Both the position numbers and the translations under genes were made by a program. Shown here piece after piece: positions 1 through 7,602 of a stretch of DNA of 64,000 nt. The notes under the pieces are model-generated. The model was not told the DNA's origin. It saw only the letters and a program-made list of their open reading frames with translations, and did not search any database. Numbering within the stretch: position 1 is the first letter of the stretch; the number at the start of each line of letters is the position of its first letter. The DNA is from an uncultured Dehalococcoidaceae bacterium. Lineage in GTDB: Bacteria > Chloroflexota > Dehalococcoidia > UBA2979. The stretch is from the NCBI GenBank assembly GCA_964565075.1, contig CAZMCK010000002.1:27603-91602 (forward strand), read 5' to 3'.

Positions 1-1004
1 AGATCCAGGCGTTGCGTGAAGAGACCGGCTACTCCGTCGTGATCTTCGACGAGCAGCTCTCGCCCGGTCAGCAGCTCCGGCTGGAGTCCGCGCTCGACGT
101 GAAGGTGCTGGACCGCAGCGCGCTCATCCTCGACATCTTCGCGAGCCGCGCCAGCACCCGCGAGGCGGCGCTGCAGGTGGAGCTCGCGCAGCACGAGTAC
201 CTGCTGCCGCGGCTGCGCGGCCAGTGGCAGCACCTCGAACGGCTCGAGGGCGCCATCGGCTCGCGCGGGCCGGGTGAGACGCAGCTGGAGACGGACCGCA
301 GGCTCATCGGCGGCCGCATCAGCCGGCTCAAGCGCCAGATCGACGGCGTACGCCGGCAGCGTGAGTTGCATCGCAGTCGCCGCCGCCGCGAGGGCATCCC
401 GGTGGTCGCCCTCGTCGGCTACACGAACGCCGGGAAGTCGTCGCTGCTCCAGTCGCTCGCCGGCTCCGAGACGCTCACCGCCGACGCGCTCTTCGCGACG
501 CTCGACCCGCTCACGCGGCGCGTCGGGACGGACGACGCCGAGACGTTCCTGATCACGGACACTGTGGGCTTCATCCAGAAGCTGCCGACGCAGCTCATCT
601 CGGCGTTCCGCGCGACCCTCGAGGAGCTGGAGAGCGCCGACCTGTTGCTGCACGTGGTGGACGCCACCTCGGACGCGGCGGACGCGCAGAGCGAGACGGT
701 GCTGGAGACGCTCGCCGGGCTCGGCCTCGCCGGCATGCCGATACTGACCGTGCTCAACAAGGCCGACGAACTGGAGTTGCCGGACGGCTCGCCGCCGACG
801 TGCGAGGAGGACCTTGCGCGGATCGCGCTCGAGAATCCTGCGCGGGATGCGACCGAGGCACACGAGGAGCTCCCGAACCTCGGAACCGTGCTCGTATCGG
901 CGCTGACCGGCTGGGGTGTCGCCGAGCTGCGCGCGCGCCTCGGCTACGAGCTCTTCGCGAAGGGCCTGGTGTCGCCCTCGGCCGCGGGGGCGCTCGCGAC
1001 GTAG
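1..1004 (+). CDS. hflX: GTPase HflX, 5'-truncated by the window edge
   Basis: ORF 12..1004. HflX N-domain plus G-domain motifs GYTNAGKSSL, DTVGF and NKAD. The frame is open back to position 3, so the gene starts upstream of the window. Confidence 0.85.
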   Translation, partial: IQALREETGYSVVIFDEQLSPGQQLRLESALDVKVLDRSALILDIFASRASTREAALQVELAQHEYLLPRLRGQWQHLERLEGAIGSRGPGETQLETDRRLIGGRISRLKRQIDGVRRQRELHRSRRRREGIPVVALVGYTNAGKSSLLQSLAGSETLTADALFATLDPLTRRVGTDDAETFLITDTVGFIQKLPTQLISAFRATLEELESADLLLHVVDATSDAADAQSETVLETLAGLGLAGMPILTVLNKADELELPDGSPPTCEEDLARIALENPARDATEAHEELPNLGTVLVSALTGWGVAELRARLGYELFAKGLVSPSAAGALAT

Positions 1005-1037
1005 GCCGTCATCACCGGGTGTTGGTCGTCGCGGCCT

Positions 1038-1622
1038 CTATGCGGGCGTGATCACGCCGCACGCCAGGCGGTCGCCGGTGTCGGTCTCGGATGCCCCGTA
1101 CGAGTCCGGCCGCTCATGCACGATGATAGCCGAGCCGTCCGCGTCGAACAGCGAATGTCCCGGGCCCACGTCCAGCGTGACGCCCTCGGTGAAGAAGTCC
1201 GCTCGCGCCGACCCGTCGGAGGCGGCGTAGATGTTGGGCAGGTCACCGCCGTGCGCTTCGGCCGCCTCGCCGCGCTGCCAGGCTGAATGGAAGAACCCGT
1301 GCTCGACGCCGGTCGGGTTGAAGTGGTCGCCGGCAGCGGCGAAGTCCGGCGTACACGCGCCGAACTCGTGGATGGTGAACGCGTGGCCGCCGGGTGGCAG
1401 ACCCTCGATCTCGGCGATGATCAGGACACCGCTCGCAGTCTGCCGGAACTCCACGGTGCCGATGGCGTCGCCGTCCGGCGTCGCCAGCGAGGCCTCGGCC
1501 ACCAGCCCTGGCGTGGGCTCATGGTCTCCACCGGACCGGACGATGAGCAGGGCCACACCCGCCGCAATGAAGACCGCGGCCGGCAAGACGGCCAGGACGA
1601 CCGGCGGAAGCATCCGGACCAT
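1038..1622 (-). CDS. sodC: Cu/Zn superoxide dismutase, membrane-anchored
   Basis: N-terminal TM helix followed by a Cu-Zn SOD core (HAFTIHEFGAC, GDHFNP, GGDLPNI, HERPD). GGAGGAGGAG ribosome-binding site ahead of the ATG at 1622. Confidence 0.85.
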   Translation of the reverse strand: MVRMLPPVVLAVLPAAVFIAAGVALLIVRSGGDHEPTPGLVAEASLATPDGDAIGTVEFRQTASGVLIIAEIEGLPPGGHAFTIHEFGACTPDFAAAGDHFNPTGVEHGFFHSAWQRGEAAEAHGGDLPNIYAASDGSARADFFTEGVTLDVGPGHSLFDADGSAIIVHERPDSYGASETDTGDRLACGVITPA

Positions 1623-1832
1623 CGACTCCTCCTCCAGCGTCGATACCTGATCTCAACGATACTATATATCACGCGCACCATGTCACACGCACCGTACGAA
1701 GTGCGCCGCATCAGGAAGATGTGAGTCGCCCGAACCCTCGGCAGTGCGGCGAGGCGCGACGCAGGCGACGGCAAGATTGACCGGACGGGATCGAGGAATC
1801 AGGCGGGCTGAGCGGAGGTCGCGCAGCCTTGG

Positions 1833-2645
1833 CTAACCGCGGCCGCGCGGCGCGCGCAGCGCGAAGCGCTCCGGATCCTGCAACCACGGCCGGTTCGCGA
1901 ACTGTGCGCGCAACCCCGACGCGAGCTCGCGCAGCACGTCGGGCCCCGCGAGGGCGGCACGCCGCCGCGCGTCCTCGTCGCCGGTCAGGCTGTCGAGCCA
2001 CGGCCGCAGCCAGCGGCTGCGCTGCGTGGCGCGCGCGGCGGGGTACAGCCACTCGGCGGGCGGGTAGCTGCCCTCGTCGAGCAGGCAAGCGAGGCGCGCG
2101 ACGGCCCCGGCCGCCTCGCCCGCGGCGATCAGCGCCTCGGGCTCGGCAAGCGGGAGCGCGTCGAGGGCGGCGAACGCCTGCAGGTAGAGCGCGCGGGCCG
2201 CGCGCTCCAGTGCATCGACCTCCAGCCGGGCCGCCGCCCCCGCGATTGCGTCGTGCCGGCCTCGCGGGTCGTGGAGCACCCCGGCGTGGCGGAGCGTCCA
2301 CCGCGCCTCGAAGGCGCGGCGCGTGGAGGCTTCGAGGAGCGCCGCACAGCCCTCGCTGGTCAGGACCGTGAGCTCGGCGGCGTCGTCGCGCACGCGCCGC
2401 AGGCCGTCGCTCATGAGCGGGCTCAGCCACGGCTCGGGCAGCGTGCGCGCGTCGGCGGCGTCGACGAGCAGCCAGTACGCGGGCGTGAGGTCGTCGACCC
2501 GCGAGGCGTCCACCCAGTCGGCGACGGGCGGGCGGACGAGGAGCAGCGTGAGGTCACGCTCCATCTCGTCCCACGGCGGCTCATCGAGGAGTGCGAGGCG
2601 AGGGTCGCCCTCGGGCGGACGCGGCTCGGCGTCCTCGCTGGTCAT
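1833..2645 (-). CDS. hypothetical protein (270 aa)
   Basis: Internal ATG (MTSEDAEP...) of ORF 1833..3509. Its ATG overlaps the TGA of the upstream flavodoxin-like gene (ATGA coupling). The N-terminal 288 aa of the long ORF is Arg-rich antisense of the wrbA-like gene. Confidence 0.5.
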   Translation of the reverse strand: MTSEDAEPRPPEGDPRLALLDEPPWDEMERDLTLLLVRPPVADWVDASRVDDLTPAYWLLVDAADARTLPEPWLSPLMSDGLRRVRDDAAELTVLTSEGCAALLEASTRRAFEARWTLRHAGVLHDPRGRHDAIAGAAARLEVDALERAARALYLQAFAALDALPLAEPEALIAAGEAAGAVARLACLLDEGSYPPAEWLYPAARATQRSRWLRPWLDSLTGDEDARRRAALAGPDVLRELASGLRAQFANRPWLQDPERFALRAPRGRG

Positions 2646-3154
2646 GACGCCTCGGCCTCGAGCCGGACGGCGAGGGTCGCGACGCGCCAGCCGAGCGTGC
2701 GCGCCTGCTCGCGGTCGTCGTTGGTGAGTTCGCCGGCGGCGGTGGCGCCGTAGAAGGAGCCGGAGCGGCGCATGCGCTCGGTCCACTGCAGGCCGACGAA
2801 GATCATGCCGTGCCCGACGAGCAGGTGCAGGATCTGCTGCAGGGTCACCTCGAGCCCGCCGCGCGGCGACCAGCCCGCCGCGAAGGCGCCGCCCGGCTTG
2901 CCCGCCAGGTCGCCGCTCTCCCAGAGGTCGCCGGACTCGTCCAGCCAGCTCTTGAGGCGGCCGGTCACGCCCGTCCAGTTCGGCGAGCCGACGATCAGCG
3001 CGTCGGCCTCCAGCAGCTCGTCCTGGTCGGCGTCCTCGACATCGAGGAGCACCGGGGTCGCGCCGCGCACCAGCGCGATGCCCACGCCGACGTGCTGGGC
3101 CAGTCCGCGGATCAGGCCGGCCCGGCCGTCGTAGACCACCAGTACGCGCGCCAC
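2642..3154 (-). CDS. flavodoxin-like NAD(P)H:quinone oxidoreductase (WrbA type)
   Basis: 170 aa with flavodoxin fold signatures (VLVVYDGRAG...IVGSPNWTG). GC3-rich codons. Confidence 0.7.
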   Translation of the reverse strand: MARVLVVYDGRAGLIRGLAQHVGVGIALVRGATPVLLDVEDADQDELLEADALIVGSPNWTGVTGRLKSWLDESGDLWESGDLAGKPGGAFAAGWSPRGGLEVTLQQILHLLVGHGMIFVGLQWTERMRRSGSFYGATAAGELTNDDREQARTLGWRVATLAVRLEAEAS

Positions 3155-3181
3155 GGTGCGACGGAGCCCGGGTCGCCGCGG

Positions 3182-3451
3182 CTAGCCGTCGGTCCCGGTC
3201 TGCTCGGTGACGACGCGGCGGAAGTGGGTCACGCGTTCGTCGTCCTCGTCGATGACCAGCTCCTCGTCCTCGACGGTCTCGCGCAGCCAGGTGATGACCG
3301 CGGCAGCGCCGCCGTAGGCGACGAACCACTCGAGGCCCTGGAGCAGGGCGAGCAGGCCGACGCGTTCGCTGCCGCGGTAGCGCACCGTGCCCCATGCGAT
3401 ACCGCCGGCGAGTGCGGCGAGGGCGAACCCGAGTTGCTGCTTGTCGCTCAT
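3182..3451 (-). CDS. small hypothetical membrane protein (89 aa)
   Basis: Two hydrophobic segments. GGAGG ribosome-binding site ahead of the ATG at 3451. Confidence 0.4.
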   Translation of the reverse strand: MSDKQQLGFALAALAGGIAWGTVRYRGSERVGLLALLQGLEWFVAYGGAAAVITWLRETVEDEELVIDEDDERVTHFRRVVTEQTGTDG

Positions 3452-3591
3452 CGCGCGCCTCCTTCGTGTGTTCGGTGGGTCTTGGCATCATCGTACGTGG
3501 CGCGGGCACGCGGGCATAGCCAGCGGCTCAGAGGGCCGGGGATGCAGGCAACAGCAGTGGTTCGGGGCTCTCTGGTGGCGTCTCCCCCGTA

Positions 3592-3608
3592 GTTCTGACA
3601 CACTGCGC
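3592..3608 (+). promoter_or_regulatory. conserved motif GTTCTGACACAC-N-GCGCC, copy 1 (upstream of the Mo-hydroxylase operon)
   Basis: 17 of 18 positions identical to a second copy at 33337..33354. Both are preceded by a TTCGG(GG)CTCTC element. Confidence 0.5.
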
Positions 3609-3700
3609 CGGAAATCGGGAACCTTATAGGCGTGGGGTGGCGTACCCTGCGCGATGGCGCGCGCCCGAAGACGTGCGTCGCAGTCGGGAAGGGGAAGCGT

Positions 3701-4594
3701 TTGCAGGCACTAACGGTGGAACGCCCCGCGACGATCCAGGAGGCGGTGCAGCTGCTCAACGACGGCGGCGACACTGCGAAGGTGCTGGCCGGCGGAACGG
3801 ACGTGATCGTCATCGCGCGTTCCCGGCGCCGCACCATCGACTTGCTGGTCGACGTCAAGCGGATTCCAGAACTGACGGCGATCGAGTGGGACCCGGGTTC
3901 GGGCCTCACCATCGGCGCCGCAACGCCGTGCTACGAGCTCTACGGCGACGCGGACATCAACGCGAACTACCCGGCCATCATCGACTCTGCGTCGCTGATC
4001 GGCGGGACGGGCATCCAGGGCCGCGCGAGCTTCGGCGGCAACCTCTGCAACTCCTCGCCCTCGGGCGACACGATCCCGACACAGATCGTGCTCGAAGGGG
4101 TCGCGAACATCATCGGCCCCGGCGGCGAGCGGCAGGTGCCCGTGGAGGACTTCTGCACGGGCCCGGGCCGGAACGTGCTGGAGCAGGGCGAGTTCCTGGT
4201 CTCGCTGCACTTCCCGGCGCCCGAGGCGGGCAGCGGTGCGCGCTTCCTGCGCTTCATCCCGCGTAACGAGATGGACATCGCGGTCTGCAACGCGGCCTCG
4301 GCCGTGAAGATGGACGGCGACACCGTGCGCTGGGCGCGCGTATCCCTCGGCGCCGTCGCGCCGGTGCCCCTGCTGGTGCAGGGCGCCGCCGACGCGCTCG
4401 TGGGCAACCCGCTCAACGACGAGACGATCGCGGCAGCGGCCGCAGCCTCGCGCGAGGCTGCCAGCCCGATCGACGACATGCGCGGTTCGATCCGGCAGCG
4501 CAAGCACCTCTCTGCGGTGCTGACCACGCGCACGCTGGAGCAGGCCGGCGCACGTGCACGTGGGGAGCACGTCCCCTCGGTGGGAGGGCACTAA
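3701..4594 (+). CDS. molybdenum hydroxylase FAD-binding medium subunit (CoxM/XdhB family)
   Basis: ORF 3632..4594. The likely TTG start at 3701 follows GGGAAGGGGA and gives MQALTVERPATIQEAV..., matching CoxM N-termini. FAD-binding motifs AGGTD and GGN.CN are present. The GTG at 3632 is an alternative start. Confidence 0.85.
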   Translation: MQALTVERPATIQEAVQLLNDGGDTAKVLAGGTDVIVIARSRRRTIDLLVDVKRIPELTAIEWDPGSGLTIGAATPCYELYGDADINANYPAIIDSASLIGGTGIQGRASFGGNLCNSSPSGDTIPTQIVLEGVANIIGPGGERQVPVEDFCTGPGRNVLEQGEFLVSLHFPAPEAGSGARFLRFIPRNEMDIAVCNAASAVKMDGDTVRWARVSLGAVAPVPLLVQGAADALVGNPLNDETIAAAAAASREAASPIDDMRGSIRQRKHLSAVLTTRTLEQAGARARGEHVPSVGGH

Positions 4595-4595
4595 G

Positions 4596-5066
4596 TTGGC
4601 CAACCAGATCATCTCCGCCACCATCAACGGTGAGCCCATGGAGTTCCTCGCCGACACCCGCGACAGCCTCCTCGAGGCGCTGCGCGAGCGCATCGGCCTC
4701 ACGGGGACCAAGGAAGGCTGTAACGACGGCAACTGCGGCGCGTGCTCGGTCATCATGGACGGCCGGCTCGTGAACTCCTGCCTCGTCATGGCCGCCGAGG
4801 CCGACGGCTCGGACGTCACGACCGTCGAGGGCCTCGCCACCGAGGACGGGCTGATCCCGCTGCAGCAGACCTTCCTGGAGGAGGCGGCCCTGCAGTGCGG
4901 CATCTGCACGCCGGGCTTCCTCGTCGCCTCCAAGGCGCTGCTCGACGCCAACCCGAACCCGACAGAGTTCGAGGCGCGGTACTGGCTCGCCGGCAACCTC
5001 TGCCGGTGCACGGGCTACGACAAGATCATCCGCGCGGTCCTCAGGGCTGCTGAAGTCGAGGCCTAG
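4596..5066 (+). CDS. molybdenum hydroxylase [2Fe-2S] small subunit (CoxS family)
   Basis: TTG at 4596, 1 nt after the coxM-like stop, with a GGGAGGG ribosome-binding site. Product MANQIISATINGEP.. carries cysteine motifs CNDGNCGACSV and CGICTPG...CRCTGY. Confidence 0.9.
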   Translation: MANQIISATINGEPMEFLADTRDSLLEALRERIGLTGTKEGCNDGNCGACSVIMDGRLVNSCLVMAAEADGSDVTTVEGLATEDGLIPLQQTFLEEAALQCGICTPGFLVASKALLDANPNPTEFEARYWLAGNLCRCTGYDKIIRAVLRAAEVEA

Positions 5067-5076
5067 GCCTCGCATC

Positions 5077-5102
5077 GGACGGCCGCCGCGAGGCGGCCGT
5101 CC
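5077..5102 (+). promoter_or_regulatory. intra-operon stem-loop between the small and large Mo-hydroxylase subunit genes
   Basis: GGACGGCCGCC-GCGA-GGCGGCCGTCC: an 11-bp perfect stem with a GNRA-type loop, 11 nt after the small-subunit stop and 33 nt before the large-subunit GTG. Confidence 0.5.
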
Positions 5103-5134
5103 TGCATCCAACCACACGCACGAAGGAGACCTGA

Positions 5135-7423
5135 GTGGTTACCACTGACAAGCCCGAGTACAAGGTCGTCGGCACGCGCCCGATCCGCCCGGACGGGGCG
5201 GACAAGGTCACCGGCCGCGCCGAGTACGGGGGCGACTACCACGCAGCAAACCTGCTGCACGGCCAGGTGCTGCGCAGCCCGCACGCCCACGCCATCATCA
5301 AGAGCATCGACACCTCGAAGGCCGAGGCCCTCGATGGCGTGAAGTCCGTCATCACCAACGCCGACTTCCCGCAGCCCAGCGACGAGCTCGTCGACATGGG
5401 CGAGGGCGCGGCGACCAGCGCACGCTGGCTGCTGGACAACGTCCTCGCCGGTGAGAAGGCGCTCTACCGCGGCCACGCGGTCGCCGCCGTGGCGGCCACC
5501 GACGCGCACATCGCCGAGGACGCGATCGGCCTCATCGAGGTCGAGTACGAAGTGCTCGAGCCGGTGCTGGACGTGATCGAGGCGATGGACGAGAACGCGC
5601 CGCTGCTGCACGACTTCCTCCGCACCGAGGAGGTCGGGGGCATGTTCGACCCGCCGTCCGGGATCGGCGACCAGCCGACCAACGTCGCGAAGCACGCCCG
5701 TTTCGAGGCAGGCGACCTGGACGCCGGGTTCGCCGAGGCCGACGTCGTCATCGAGCGCGAGTTCCGCACCTCGATGGCGCACCAGGGCTACATCGAGCCG
5801 CACAACGGCAGCGCGTTCTACAACCGCGACGGCCACCTCACGGTGTGGACGAGCACACAGGGCTCGTTCGGCATCCGCGAGATGTGCGCCACGCTCATGG
5901 ACATGCCGCTGTCCAGCGTGACCTGCGTCCCGATGGAGATCGGCGGCGGCTTCGGCGGGAAGATCCCCGTCTACCTCGAGCCGCTCGCGGCGCTGATGTC
6001 GAAGCAGACCGGCCGCCCGGTCAAGCTCATCATGACGCGCCAGGCGGTCCTCGAGGCCACGGGTCCGACGTCCGGCACCGTCGTGCGCGCCAAGATCGGC
6101 GCGAAGAGCGACGGCACGCTCACGGCGGCCGACGTGTGGATGGCGTTCGAGGCCGGGGGCTACCCGGGCTCGCCGTTCACCGCCGGCATGATGTGCGCGC
6201 TCGCCCCGTACGAGTTCCCGAACGCCGTGGTCGAGGGCTACGACGTGGTCGTCAACAAGCCCAAGGTCTCGGCCTACCGCGCCCCGGGCGCTCCGCAGGC
6301 TGAGTTCGCCGTCGAGTCCGTCATGGACGAGATCGCGGATCGGCTGGAGATGGACCCGATGGACCTGCGTTCCATGAACGCCACCAGCGAGGGCTCGCGC
6401 CGTGTCGACGGCGCCGTCTTCGGGGTCATCGGCAACGAAGAGGTCATGGAGGTGGTCAAGAACAGCGACCACTACCGCTCCGAGCTGCAGGGTGAGAACC
6501 GCGGCCGTGGCGTCGCCATGGGCTTCTGGTTCAACGTCGGGTTCGAGTCGAGCGCCTACGCCAACGTGAACCCCGACGGCACGGTCAGCCTCGTGCTCGG
6601 CTCGGTCGACATCGGCGGTTCGCGCGCTTCGCTCTCGATGCAGATGGCGGAGTCGCTCGGCATCGCCGGCGACGACGTGAAGCCGCACGTGGTCGACACC
6701 GACTCGATTGGCTTCACCGGCGTCACCGGTGGCAGCCGCACGACCTTCGCCGGTGGCTGGGCCTGCCACGAGGCCGCGATGGACATCCGTCGCCAGATGG
6801 AGGAGCGCGCCGCCCAGATCTGGGAGGCCGACCGGGACTCCGTCGCCTACGGTGACGACGGCGTGATCCGCGGCCCCGGGGACGACCAGAGCTTCACGTT
6901 CGCCGAGCTGGCTGCCCAGCTCCCGCTGACCGGCGGCCTGATCCAGGGCCAGGCGGACGTCTCGCCCATGGAGTCCGGCCCCGCCTTCGCCGGCCACATC
7001 GTGGACGTCGAGGTGGACCCGGAGACCGGCAAGGTCGACGTGCTCCGCTACACGGCCGTCCAGGATGTCGGCACTGCGGTCCACCCCTCGTACGTCGAGG
7101 GGCAGATGCAGGGTGGCGTCGCGCAGGGCGTCGGCATGGCGCTGACGGAGGAGTACTTCTACTCCGACGACGGCACGATGCTGAACTCGAGCCTGCTGGA
7201 CTACCGCATGCCCACCGCGCTGGACCTGCCGATGATCGAGACGGTCCTCGTGGAAGTGCCGAACCCCGGCTCGCCGTACGGCGTCCGCGGCGTCGGCGAG
7301 GTGCCGATCGTGCCGCCGCTCGCGGCGGTCGCGAACGCGGTGTCCGCGGCGCTCGGCCAGCGCATGACCACGCTGCCGCTCACCCCGCGGCAGATCCTCG
7401 AGGAGACTGTCCTCGACGAGTAG
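5135..7423 (+). CDS. molybdenum hydroxylase large (molybdopterin-binding) subunit, paralog 1
   Basis: 762 aa. GAAGGAGA ribosome-binding site 8 nt before the GTG. Xanthine dehydrogenase / CoxL-family domains. The active-site loop reads AYRAPGAP. Confidence 0.9.
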   Translation: MVTTDKPEYKVVGTRPIRPDGADKVTGRAEYGGDYHAANLLHGQVLRSPHAHAIIKSIDTSKAEALDGVKSVITNADFPQPSDELVDMGEGAATSARWLLDNVLAGEKALYRGHAVAAVAATDAHIAEDAIGLIEVEYEVLEPVLDVIEAMDENAPLLHDFLRTEEVGGMFDPPSGIGDQPTNVAKHARFEAGDLDAGFAEADVVIEREFRTSMAHQGYIEPHNGSAFYNRDGHLTVWTSTQGSFGIREMCATLMDMPLSSVTCVPMEIGGGFGGKIPVYLEPLAALMSKQTGRPVKLIMTRQAVLEATGPTSGTVVRAKIGAKSDGTLTAADVWMAFEAGGYPGSPFTAGMMCALAPYEFPNAVVEGYDVVVNKPKVSAYRAPGAPQAEFAVESVMDEIADRLEMDPMDLRSMNATSEGSRRVDGAVFGVIGNEEVMEVVKNSDHYRSELQGENRGRGVAMGFWFNVGFESSAYANVNPDGTVSLVLGSVDIGGSRASLSMQMAESLGIAGDDVKPHVVDTDSIGFTGVTGGSRTTFAGGWACHEAAMDIRRQMEERAAQIWEADRDSVAYGDDGVIRGPGDDQSFTFAELAAQLPLTGGLIQGQADVSPMESGPAFAGHIVDVEVDPETGKVDVLRYTAVQDVGTAVHPSYVEGQMQGGVAQGVGMALTEEYFYSDDGTMLNSSLLDYRMPTALDLPMIETVLVEVPNPGSPYGVRGVGEVPIVPPLAAVANAVSAALGQRMTTLPLTPRQILEETVLDE

Positions 7424-7458
7424 CACTCCGCGCGTGAGCGCGAGCGACACGCTACAAA

Positions 7459-7490
7459 CACTGGCGGCGCCCAACCGGGCGCCGCCAGTG
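7459..7490 (+). terminator. perfect 14-bp-stem hairpin between the two large-subunit paralogs
   Basis: CACTGGCGGCGCCC-AACC-GGGCGCCGCCAGTG, 36 nt after the stop of paralog 1. Confidence 0.55.
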
Positions 7491-7558
7491 CTATGTGTGG
7501 GGCTTCCTCGCGGTGTCGCGGCGCGGCATACAGGGCGGGCACGCTCGGCCCTGCGGTA

Positions 7559-7564
7559 TACAAT
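7559..7564 (+). promoter_or_regulatory. TACAATCG -10-like box 39 nt upstream of large-subunit paralog 2 (internal promoter candidate)
   Basis: GGTATACAATCGCGCC. The same octamer precedes both double-domain CoA-transferase genes at the same distance. Confidence 0.4.
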
Positions 7565-7602
7565 CGCGCCGAAGCCGATCCCCGCGCCCTGGGAGGTTCG
7601 CC

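Noticed and set aside
1833-3509. 558-aa minus-strand ORF
   Set aside because: Only the last 270 aa (from the ATG at 2645) look like protein. The first 288 aa are Arg/Pro-rich and lie antisense to the flavodoxin-like gene, a typical high-GC artefact.
3710-5011. 433-aa and 234-aa minus-strand ORFs overlapping the coxM/coxS-like genes
   Set aside because: They are antisense to strongly supported Mo-hydroxylase subunit genes, with Arg-rich, low-complexity translations and no ribosome-binding site.
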